From: Bacillota bacterium
GTDB taxonomy: Bacteria > Bacillota > Dehalobacteriia > UBA4068 > UBA4997
DNA: 64,000 bases
Reading direction: 5' to 3'
Assembly (NCBI GenBank): GCA_021771915.1
Contig: JAETNY010000009.1
Span: forward strand, 40,038-104,037
The position numbers and the translations under genes were made by a program. Positions 51,637-59,793 of the stretch are shown here, piece by piece (position 1 is the first letter of the stretch; each line of letters opens with the position of its first letter). Under the pieces are notes generated by a model. That model was not told the DNA's origin. It saw nothing but the letters and a program-made list of their open reading frames with translations, and did not search any database.

Positions 51637-51690
51637 TAGCTGTTTTGTTTGGTGGCCGCACTCGCCCGTGTTGGCAGCAGCCAAACAGAA

Positions 51691-51751
51691 GCCGGCAGAA
51701 AAATCGGTTTGGCATAAACCGGTTCTTTTGCCGGCCTTTTTTTATGACGGC
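51691..51751 (+). terminator. Leader terminator/attenuator hairpin followed by a U7 tract, 25 nt before the downstream start codon
   Basis: GCCGGCag..CGGUUUggcauAAACCG..GCCGGCcuuuuuuuau. Confidence 0.65.
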
Positions 51752-51780
51752 CATATCTAATATGAAAGGATTTGAGCAAT

Positions 51781-52113
51781 ATGACTCCATGGCAGCCCCA
51801 GCAGGACAAAATACTTTTAGCGGCCTATGCTAAACTCCCCCAGGGAACCTCCGCCCAACGAATTTATGACAATCTGGTGCTGGTGGTTATCGTGCAGCGC
51901 GCCAGCGGCTGCATTGAGCGAGCAGAGATTTCTTTCGTCACCCAGGCGGCGCAGGATTTTCTGGCCAGCCTGCTGCAAGGCTATGACCTGCACCAAGGCG
52001 CAGAACCGCTGATACAGCTTTTACAGGAGGTTTATTTTGGCCCTCTGAAAAAGGCGCTGCTCTCCGCCGTCAAAACGATAGCGGCTCAATACGCTGAAAT
52101 TAGCGAAAAATAG
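51781..52113 (+). CDS. Hypothetical protein (111 aa), first gene after the leader
   Basis: AAAGGA Shine-Dalgarno before the ATG at 51781. The ORF track uses a TTG at 51772. Confidence 0.45.
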   Translation: MTPWQPQQDKILLAAYAKLPQGTSAQRIYDNLVLVVIVQRASGCIERAEISFVTQAAQDFLASLLQGYDLHQGAEPLIQLLQEVYFGPLKKALLSAVKTIAAQYAEISEK

Positions 52114-52131
52114 CATAAGGAGGCAACAAAC

Positions 52132-53508
52132 ATGGCATTAAGCACCACCCATATCATCAGTATCGTTTTAACGCTGTTAATTATCATGTCACTTGGTGTT
52201 TTGTCCGGCCGCAAGGTAAAAAACGCCGCCGATTTCAATACCGGCGGCAAAAGCGCCGGCGCGCTGCTGGTGGCCGGCATTATCACCGGCACGCTGATTG
52301 GCGGCAGTTCCACCATCGGCACGGCAGAATTGGGCTTTAATTACGGCCTCTCGGCCTGGTGGTTCACGTTGGGCGCTTCGCTGGGCTGCCTGTTGCTGGC
52401 CCTAATCTATGCCCGGCCAGTGCGCCGCAGCGAATGTACCACTATACAGGAAATTATCAGCACCGAATACGGCAAAACCGCCGGCCTGGTAACCTCAATC
52501 CTGACCGCGATTGGCATTGTGCTGAACATTGTGGCGCAAATTCTGGCCGCCAACGCCCTTTTAGGCTCCATGTTCGGCATGAACCCTTTCTGGTGTTCGG
52601 CAATCAGCGTTATCATCATGGTCTGTTATGTGCTTTTTGGCGGTATCAAAGGCAGTGGTCTGCTGGGGCTGGTCAAACTGGGGCTGCTTTATATGGCGAC
52701 TGTGGCCTGCGGCCTGCTGGCTATTAAAATGCATGGCGGTCTGGCCGAATTTTATGCCAGCCTGCCCAAGGTGCAGTATATGAATATGTTCGCGCGCGGT
52801 TTCGGCACCGATTTTGGCGTAGGTCTGAATGTGGCGCTGGGCGTAATCTCTACCCAAACCTATATTCAGGCGGTGCTGGTCGGGCGCTCCAATCATGAAG
52901 CCGTCAAGGGCTGCCTTTTTGCCGCCACGCTGACGCCGCCGATTGGCTTTTTCAGCCTGTTTGTCGGCATGTACATGCATATTTATTTTCCGGAAATCGC
53001 CGCCGCCGAGGCTTTCCCCAGCTTTATCCTGCATTTCCTGCCGGCGCCGCTGGCCGGCATTGCGCTGGCCACCCTGCTGATTGCCGTGGTCGGCACCGGC
53101 TCCGGCATGGCGCTGGGCTGCGGCACCATCATCAGCAACGATATCTACAAAAACTTCATCAACCGCAACGCAGACGGCAAACAGCTGCTGTTGGTATCCC
53201 GGCTGATTATTCTGCTCACGCTGGTTTTATCCGCCGCATTCACCCTGGGCAACCTTGGCAGCGCCATTTTAAGCTGGGGTTCCATGTCTATGGGGCTGCG
53301 CGCCGTGGTGCTGCTGGCGCCTATGACCACCGCGCTTTTCCTGCCCGGCAAAATTCACCCCACCGCCGCCATCAGCAGCAGCGTTATCGGCGTGCTGGTT
53401 ATGCTGCTGGGGCGCGGCCTGCCCCTGCCGTTTGACACGCTGTTTCTTGGCCTGCTCGCCTCCATTATCATACTGCTGGCCGATTTTCTGCTGGGCAAAA
53501 AGCGCTGA
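52132..53508 (+). CDS. Sodium:solute symporter family transporter
   Basis: 458 aa with about 12 transmembrane segments and an SSF-like N-terminus. Confidence 0.8.
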   Translation: MALSTTHIISIVLTLLIIMSLGVLSGRKVKNAADFNTGGKSAGALLVAGIITGTLIGGSSTIGTAELGFNYGLSAWWFTLGASLGCLLLALIYARPVRRSECTTIQEIISTEYGKTAGLVTSILTAIGIVLNIVAQILAANALLGSMFGMNPFWCSAISVIIMVCYVLFGGIKGSGLLGLVKLGLLYMATVACGLLAIKMHGGLAEFYASLPKVQYMNMFARGFGTDFGVGLNVALGVISTQTYIQAVLVGRSNHEAVKGCLFAATLTPPIGFFSLFVGMYMHIYFPEIAAAEAFPSFILHFLPAPLAGIALATLLIAVVGTGSGMALGCGTIISNDIYKNFINRNADGKQLLLVSRLIILLTLVLSAAFTLGNLGSAILSWGSMSMGLRAVVLLAPMTTALFLPGKIHPTAAISSSVIGVLVMLLGRGLPLPFDTLFLGLLASIIILLADFLLGKKR

Positions 53509-53518
53509 TTAACATAAT

Positions 53519-53555
53519 AGAACCATACGCCCCAAGCGTATGGTTCTTTATTTTC
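53519..53555. terminator. Bidirectional terminator
   Basis: agaaccatacgc-cccaa-gcgtatggttct followed by T-rich sequence. Confidence 0.75.
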
Positions 53556-53562
53556 AAATTTT

Positions 53563-54102
53563 TTAATTATAAAACCACCTAGTCGGCAGCAAAAACAGAT
53601 AAGGCGCTGTCAAAATCGCCAATGTCAGCGCGGTGCGTTTGCGCTGCTGGTCGGTTAAATCCGTCATCGTCAAACTCCAATTTCGGTTAAAACGATAAAT
53701 CAGCAACCCGACAAACAATATATCAAGCAAGGTTGCGGCCAGCGCATAGGGACTTTCAAAGATGCTTGTATAAAAATAGCCGGAAATATTTTCGTATATC
53801 CAGTCATTATCCACGCCCATTAAAACAAACAGTGGTATACCGCCCAGAAAATCAGCGGCAAAACCAGAAAGCCAGACGGGGATAAGCACCGCCAGCGATT
53901 TCTTTTTAATCTGGGGAACTTTCTGCAAACGTAGCGCCAATGCCGTTACCAGCCAATCCACCGCCAAATTACCCACAAGCATTACCAGCAGCAACACGCC
54001 GCCGGCGCCGCCCATAATCGAAGTAAAAAACCAGGCCGGCGGCCAGAGTACGACAAACATTGGTATTACCATGTTATACATGGTCACGCTGCGTTTTTTC
54101 AT
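53563..54102 (-). CDS. Hypothetical membrane protein (4 transmembrane segments)
   Basis: GGAGG upstream of the start. Hydrophobic profile. Confidence 0.5.
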   Translation of the reverse strand: MKKRSVTMYNMVIPMFVVLWPPAWFFTSIMGGAGGVLLLVMLVGNLAVDWLVTALALRLQKVPQIKKKSLAVLIPVWLSGFAADFLGGIPLFVLMGVDNDWIYENISGYFYTSIFESPYALAATLLDILFVGLLIYRFNRNWSLTMTDLTDQQRKRTALTLAILTAPYLFLLPTRWFYN

Positions 54103-54135
54103 AATCCAATTGCCTCCTGCTTTTAATCCAGATTT

Positions 54136-55962
54136 TTATTCCACCGTTACCGATTTGGCCAGATTTTTCGGCTGGTCAATGCTGCAACCTTTCTGACTGG
54201 CCACATAATAGGCAAAAAGCTGCAAGGGAATTACCGTCAGCGAGGGCTGCAACCAGGGCAATGTCTTTGGCACGTAAAAAATAGCGTCGGCAATACCGGC
54301 TAAACGCTCGTCGCCCTCCACTGCCACCGCCAGCAGATAAGCGCCGCGCGCCTTAACCTCCTCCGCATTGCTCTTAATCTTCTCTATAAGACGGTCACAG
54401 GTTGCCAGCGTGCAGACCAGCGTGCCCGGCTCAATCAGAGAAATTGTGCCATGCTTTAATTCGCCGCCGGCATAGGCTTCAGAGTGAATGTAGGAAATTT
54501 CCTTCAGCTTCAAACTGCCCTCCATAGCCACGGCATAATCCAGATTGCGGCCAATGAAAAATATACTGTGCTTGTTATAAAGCTGTGAGGCCAAAAACTG
54601 GATTTTTTCCTTATCCTGTAAAGTCCGCTCCAACTGCTCCGGCAGATTTACCAGCGCCTGATAACATTCAGCCTGCTCCTGCGCAGTCAATCGCCCCAGC
54701 AAACCGGCAAATTTCAGCGCCAGCAGATAAATAACCGCCAGCTGAGTACTATATGCCTTGGTTGTCGCCACGGCAATCTCCGGCCCGGCCCAGGTATAAA
54801 GCACATCGTCCGCCTCCCGGGCAATGGTGGAACCCAGCACGTTAACAATCGCCAGCACATGCGCGCCCTGCGCCCGACCCTCTCGCATGGCCGCAATGGT
54901 ATCAGCTGTTTCACCGGATTGTGATATCACAATCATCAGTGTGTCCTCACCGATAATCGGACCGCGATAACGGAACTCTGAGGCGATATCCACCTCCACC
55001 GGAATGCGCGTGGCTTCTTCCAGAATATATTTCGCCACCGCCGCAACATGATATGAAGAACCACAGGCCACTATATAAATTTTGCGGAAATTCGCCAGCC
55101 GCTCCAAATCAATATTAAAATCGTCCAGCTTAATCTGGCCGTCCTGCAAACGAGGACTCAAAGTTTTGCGCACGCTGTCCGGTTGCTCCATAATCTCCTT
55201 GAACATAAAATGCTCATAGCCGCCCTTTTCCGCCGCAGAAACGTCCCAGTCGATATGCTGCGCCTGCTTTTCCACCAAATCCCGGTTGATATCATAAATT
55301 TCCACCTTATCCGCAGAAAGCACAACAATCTCACGGTCGTCCAGATAATAAACTTCCTGCGTATAGGCCAAAAGCGCCGCCACGTCAGAGGCTATCAGGT
55401 TTTCACCCTGCCCCAGACCAACCACCAGGGGCGCGTCCTGGCGCACGGCGTAAAAATGCTCAGGGTCGTCAAGACAGATAATCCCAAGAGAATAAGCGCC
55501 CTCCAGCGCATTTAACAGCTTAATCATCGTATCCAGCATATCACCATTATAGTAATATTCCACCAGCTGGGCAATAACCTCGGTATCCGTCTGGGAAACA
55601 AACTCATAGCCGCGCCGCTGCAAATGATTTTTCAGCTGCTGATAGTTCTCAATAATGCCGTTATGTACCACCGCAAAACGGCCGGAACTGCTTAAATGCG
55701 GGTGAGCATTAACATCACTAGGCTCGCCGTGCGTCGCCCAGCGCGTATGCCCAATCCCCATAAAACCCGGCACGCTCTGCCCCTCGTCAGTCAACTGACG
55801 CAGAACTTGCAGCTTGCCGGCCGCTTTTACCATCTCAATTTTATTATTATGCCAAACCGCAATGCCAGCGGAGTCATAACCACGGTATTCCAAGGTGGCC
55901 AAACCTTTCAGCAACACCGGCGCCGCCGCCTTGCCGCCTACGTACCCAACTATGCCACACAT
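54136..55962 (-). CDS. glmS: Glutamine--fructose-6-phosphate aminotransferase
   Basis: MCGIVGYVG.. Ntn-amidotransferase N-terminus and two SIS domains. 608 aa. Confidence 0.97.
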   Translation of the reverse strand: MCGIVGYVGGKAAAPVLLKGLATLEYRGYDSAGIAVWHNNKIEMVKAAGKLQVLRQLTDEGQSVPGFMGIGHTRWATHGEPSDVNAHPHLSSSGRFAVVHNGIIENYQQLKNHLQRRGYEFVSQTDTEVIAQLVEYYYNGDMLDTMIKLLNALEGAYSLGIICLDDPEHFYAVRQDAPLVVGLGQGENLIASDVAALLAYTQEVYYLDDREIVVLSADKVEIYDINRDLVEKQAQHIDWDVSAAEKGGYEHFMFKEIMEQPDSVRKTLSPRLQDGQIKLDDFNIDLERLANFRKIYIVACGSSYHVAAVAKYILEEATRIPVEVDIASEFRYRGPIIGEDTLMIVISQSGETADTIAAMREGRAQGAHVLAIVNVLGSTIAREADDVLYTWAGPEIAVATTKAYSTQLAVIYLLALKFAGLLGRLTAQEQAECYQALVNLPEQLERTLQDKEKIQFLASQLYNKHSIFFIGRNLDYAVAMEGSLKLKEISYIHSEAYAGGELKHGTISLIEPGTLVCTLATCDRLIEKIKSNAEEVKARGAYLLAVAVEGDERLAGIADAIFYVPKTLPWLQPSLTVIPLQLFAYYVASQKGCSIDQPKNLAKSVTVE

Positions 55963-56023
55963 AAAAAAATTCCTCCTTATTAAACGCCGAAAAATTTACC
56001 TGACGCTCAAAACTTTGCCATAG

Positions 56024-56052
56024 ATTATATCATATAACCAGCGTTTTTGCAA
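56024..56052 (-). promoter_or_regulatory. glmS promoter (TTGCAA-17-TATAAT on the minus strand) with a short 5' UTR of about 55 nt
   Basis: Read directly from the sequence. Confidence 0.5.
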
Positions 56053-56170
56053 GCATTTTCCCAGGCGTAGCAAACCGCCATTGACGAAACATTGACAAAA
56101 TACGGCAAAAAAATAGCAACCGCCGCTAGCAGCAATAGTGACGGTTGAAAAATTTTTTAAAACTATTGTG

Positions 56171-56260
56171 GCTAACCGCTTATCAGTGGTGCCTTTATAT
56201 TTATTATTATAGTATTACATATTCAATTTATCAAACGCGCGTTGGAATTTTCTGCCTTTT
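56171..56260 (+). repeat. About 85-nt conserved element E, copy B
   Basis: Aligns with 6877..6965 in the same orientation. Confidence 0.5.
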
Positions 56261-56333
56261 TGGCTTTATGCAAAAAATTTCCAGAAGCATCTTGCCCTCC
56301 CAAAATAAAAAATGCAATTTTTTGAAAATAGGG

Positions 56334-56362
56334 CTTGACTATAAGAGTTGTTAGCGGTACAA
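56334..56362 (+). promoter_or_regulatory. Sigma-A promoter of SLH gene B (TTGACT-17-TACAAT)
   Basis: Read directly. Positioned 20 nt upstream of the conserved leader block. Confidence 0.55.
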
Positions 56363-56724
56363 TAAAAATACAAGGCGACAAAAAAAGTTGCGGCAGGGAC
56401 TGTGGGTACGCCAATACCCCAGACCCCCTATGCAGGCTGCTCTACCCAGCCATACACAACTGCTTTTTATGTGTCGCAGCGCCGCTACATTTAGTATAAT
56501 ACAAGTCAGCCCGTTCTGCAAGGGTTAAGTTGTTGGTTTTTCAGTTGAGCTGCTGCACTTTAGAAGATTATTCCTCCTGAAAAGGGGTTTCTATGCGTGT
56601 ATGGGTGAATTATGCCTGTACGCGCATTTTTTGTTGTTTTGACGGCCTTGCACGATGGGGCGGCTTGCCGGGGCTGCTCCCGGTGTTGGGCTGTTAAGAC
56701 CACACTTTTAGGAGGTTATTTATA
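56363..56724 (+). promoter_or_regulatory. Conserved long 5' leader of SLH gene B, with a terminator-like hairpin at 56593..56640
   Basis: AUGCGUGUA-N17-UACGCGCAU followed by UUUUUUGUUGUUUU. Two blocks are about 90% identical to leader A. Confidence 0.55.
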
Positions 56725-59055
56725 ATGAAAAAGAAATTTTTTGCTGTGCTAATGCTGGCATTTGTGCTGGCATTGAACACTACGCCCACGGCTTGTGCGG
56801 CGGATAGAACTGCGGCGCAGGCTATTGCGGACTGTGTTGCGGCATTTAACGCTGATGCGAACCACGGCACCGGTGAACTGCAAGCAGAGGTTAACGGTGA
56901 TACTGTAACCATTACCGGCACGGTTACGGACGCTGAAAAACCTTTGGTTTTGAAGTTGGAAGGTGGCCTTAATGCCAGCACCGGTAATGCTACAGTGAAC
57001 TGGCAGGCCGATTTAACCGGTAGTGTTTACAATTATTTGGTTTATGTGTCCGGTTACGATAACCCAAAGCAGGTTATTACCTTTAACGCCACTAAAGGGC
57101 ATATTACCAATCAAAACTCCTCGGGCTGTGCTTTGAAGCCTTATATGGCAGAAATTAATGTCAGCGGCGCAGTAATTTCCGGTTACTATGGTATTGACGC
57201 GTCCATTTATCAAGATAGCGCTTATAGTATCAACATCACCAATAGCGGTTTAGTTGCTGGCACAGAATTAGGTGTGGTAGGCTATATTGATACTTTGAAA
57301 AACGGCGGCGTTGTTTATGGCGGCAAGTGGCCGGCAGCTTCCAGCCCAAACGCTTCTACGGAATTAAATCCATTTGGTATTGCATTGCCCAGTTTTGTGA
57401 TTTATGGCAAACTGCCCGGTGAGGCGACTCTTACGGCAGGCAGCACCAATGGTCTTAAATGTTATCCTGCTAATGCCACGGGCAACGCTGAATGGGCGGT
57501 TGAAGATGGCAAAAGCGGTATTTATGTCAGCGGCAGCGGTTTTGTGGAACTGCCCGGTTTAACGGTTACCGAGCCCACCGGCGTGCTTGGTTTGAACAAG
57601 AGCAAGGTTACCTTGGCTGTTGGGGAGACTTTTCAGGTAGAGCCTTATAAGGTTAACCCGGCTGACGCTGAAGTGAAATGGATGTTTGGCAAATTGACAA
57701 GCAGCGGTGGATACACTTATTATGAGGTTATTGAAACTGATATTGCCACCGTTGACGCTAATGGTCTGGTTACTGCGCAAAAAGAAGGTACGGTAACACT
57801 GTTGGGCAGAGCGGCGAAACCAGACGGCACATGGTATAATCAGCAAGGCATTTGTCAAATTACTGTTGTTAAGGCTGCTGATAAACCAACTGTTGCCGTT
57901 ACCGGCGTTCAATTAAACCAAACAGCTCTGAATTTGGAAATTAACGGCACTGCCACACTGATTGCCACAGTTGCACCGGAAAATGCCACCAATAAATCCG
58001 TCCGCTGGAGCAGTAACAATACCGCGGTGGCAACTGTGGACGCTAACGGTAATCTCAAGGCTGTGGCCCCTGGCAAGGCCACAATCACCGCGACGGCTGA
58101 CGGCGTGAAAGCTGAATGTCGGGTAACTGTTACCGCTGATACGGTTTACACCATTACCTTTGACACGGACGGCGGCACTCTGGCCGCTGGTATTACCAAT
58201 CCGGATTACGTGGTTAAAGGTGCGGAATACAAAATGCCCACCGCTAACAAGAGCCGCTACAAACTGACCGCCTGGGCAATCGGCAGCAAAGACAGCGCGA
58301 ACCAAGTTAAGGCGAACGATGTTTACACTTTCACTGAGGACACCACGGTTTATGCCATTTGGCAGTATAACGGCGGCGGTGGAGGCGGCAGCCACAGACC
58401 AAGCGGCAGCGGTACGACCACGCCGACCACGCCAACCAAACCGACCAATCCGGAAAAGCCGGGTAACAGTGGCAACACTGGCAGCAGCACGGTAACGGCG
58501 GCGAATATTAAAAATGTGTTTGCGGACGTACAGAATAACGCCTGGTACTCCGAAGCGATTGCTTATGTTTACAATAAGGGCATGATGAACGGTACGGACG
58601 CCGGCAAGTTTGAGCCGAACGCGACGACCACCCGGGCCATGTTGGTAACCATGCTGCACCGTCTGGAAAATGAACCGGCAGCAGCAGCGGCCAAATTCAG
58701 CGACGTAGCTTCCGGCCAGTGGTTCAGCAAAGCTGTGGCCTGGGCGGCGGCTAATGGAGTGGTAAACGGCTATGAGAATGGCACGTTTGCACCAAATGCA
58801 GCAATTACACGTGAACAGCTTGCTGCGATATTGTATCGTTTTGCCCAGTTTAAGGGCTATGACGTGAGCGTTAAAGGCAATTTGAGCAGCTTTAGCGATA
58901 ACGCGCAGGTTTCCGACTGGGCGAAGGAGGCTATGCAGTGGGCGGTTGGCGCTGGTATTATCGATGGGGATAACAATGCCTTGAAGCCGACCGGCAATGC
59001 CACCAGAGCCGAGGTTGCGATAATGTTAATGCGTTATATTGAAAATGTTAAATAA
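56725..59055 (+). CDS. SLH-domain cell-surface protein, paralog of 3066..6125, with a different N-terminal passenger region
   Basis: 776 aa with a signal peptide (MKKKFFAVLMLAFVLALNTTPTACA). It has a Big_2 domain and the same Listeria-Bacteroides-repeat / linker / three-SLH module as copy A. Confidence 0.85.
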   Translation: MKKKFFAVLMLAFVLALNTTPTACAADRTAAQAIADCVAAFNADANHGTGELQAEVNGDTVTITGTVTDAEKPLVLKLEGGLNASTGNATVNWQADLTGSVYNYLVYVSGYDNPKQVITFNATKGHITNQNSSGCALKPYMAEINVSGAVISGYYGIDASIYQDSAYSINITNSGLVAGTELGVVGYIDTLKNGGVVYGGKWPAASSPNASTELNPFGIALPSFVIYGKLPGEATLTAGSTNGLKCYPANATGNAEWAVEDGKSGIYVSGSGFVELPGLTVTEPTGVLGLNKSKVTLAVGETFQVEPYKVNPADAEVKWMFGKLTSSGGYTYYEVIETDIATVDANGLVTAQKEGTVTLLGRAAKPDGTWYNQQGICQITVVKAADKPTVAVTGVQLNQTALNLEINGTATLIATVAPENATNKSVRWSSNNTAVATVDANGNLKAVAPGKATITATADGVKAECRVTVTADTVYTITFDTDGGTLAAGITNPDYVVKGAEYKMPTANKSRYKLTAWAIGSKDSANQVKANDVYTFTEDTTVYAIWQYNGGGGGGSHRPSGSGTTTPTTPTKPTNPEKPGNSGNTGSSTVTAANIKNVFADVQNNAWYSEAIAYVYNKGMMNGTDAGKFEPNATTTRAMLVTMLHRLENEPAAAAAKFSDVASGQWFSKAVAWAAANGVVNGYENGTFAPNAAITREQLAAILYRFAQFKGYDVSVKGNLSSFSDNAQVSDWAKEAMQWAVGAGIIDGDNNALKPTGNATRAEVAIMLMRYIENVK
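57900..59055. repeat. Shared C-terminal SLH module, copy B
   Basis: See 3066..4240. Confidence 0.8.
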
Positions 59056-59079
59056 ATTCACCATAAAAAGGTCAAGAAA

Positions 59080-59118
59080 AGAGCAAGCCTGCACAAAAAT
59101 GTGTGGGCTTGCTCTTTG
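59080..59118 (+). terminator. Terminator after SLH gene B; it is the reverse complement of the 1553..1597 hairpin
   Basis: agagcaagcc-tgcacaaaaatgtgtg-ggcttgctct followed by ttt. Confidence 0.6.
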
Positions 59119-59260
59119 GCATATACGCCTTTCACACACAGTTTTTTTTGAAGATTGCATTTTCTGATTGTTTTTTTCTGCCAAATGTTATATAATAATT
59201 AAATAGACTGAATTTATCAGTCCTCACAAGCAGTATAATAAAAAACGGAGGAATCTCTTT

Positions 59261-59776
59261 ATGAAATATAAAGTTGTTGGCCATCAATACCGCAATGACC
59301 AATGCCTGGTTTGCGGCTGGGACAATCCCCTGAGTCTGGGTCTGGAATTTTGGGAGCTGGAAAACGGCGAGCTGGCCACGTTGGCCAACCTGAAACCGGG
59401 ACATCAAAGTTATCCCGGGCGCGCCCATGGCGGCATTATCTCTGCCCTGCTGGACGAACTGATTGGCCGCGCAGTCTGCCTGGAGGAGCCGGCCTGTTGG
59501 GGCGTCACCGTAGATTTGGCGATTAAATACAAAAAACCGGTACCGCTGGAACAGACGATAGTGGCCGTCGGCCGGGTAACGCGTAACCGCAGCCGCATGT
59601 TTGAGGGCAGCGGTGAAATTTATCTGCCGGACGGCACGCTGCTGGCCAGCGCCGAGGGGCGTTATATGAAACTGCCAGTGGACAAAATTGTTGAGAGCGA
59701 AACGCCAATTTCTGATATGAACTGGCGCATGCTGGACGTGGAGAATGCCCCGGAATATATTGAGTTACCTTATTAG
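59261..59776 (+). CDS. PaaI/hotdog-fold thioesterase
   Basis: [16 protein letters not shown]. Confidence 0.75.
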   Translation: MKYKVVGHQYRNDQCLVCGWDNPLSLGLEFWELENGELATLANLKPGHQSYPGRAHGGIISALLDELIGRAVCLEEPACWGVTVDLAIKYKKPVPLEQTIVAVGRVTRNRSRMFEGSGEIYLPDGTLLASAEGRYMKLPVDKIVESETPISDMNWRMLDVENAPEYIELPY

Positions 59777-59793
59777 AAAGGAATAAAAATCAT

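Noticed and set aside
51519-51833. 104-aa ORF spanning the tandem repeats
   Set aside because: It reads through the repeats and the terminator hairpin in a different frame from the downstream gene, with no ribosome-binding site. It is an artefact of an open frame in GC-rich sequence.
55963-56200. glmS ribozyme expected in the 5' UTR of glmS
   Set aside because: The glmS promoter (TTGCAA-17-TATAAT, minus strand) lies only about 55 nt upstream of the start codon. The UTR is too short, and the P1/P2 core (AGCGCCAGAACUGGC..) is absent.
56363-56724. Assignment of the SLH leaders to c-di-GMP-I/II riboswitch classes
   Set aside because: I could not find the GEMM-I (GGCAAAcc...GGGACGCAAAGCC) or c-di-GMP-II (ACCG...GGUAG) signatures by eye. 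I leave it as class unknown, pending a covariance-model search.
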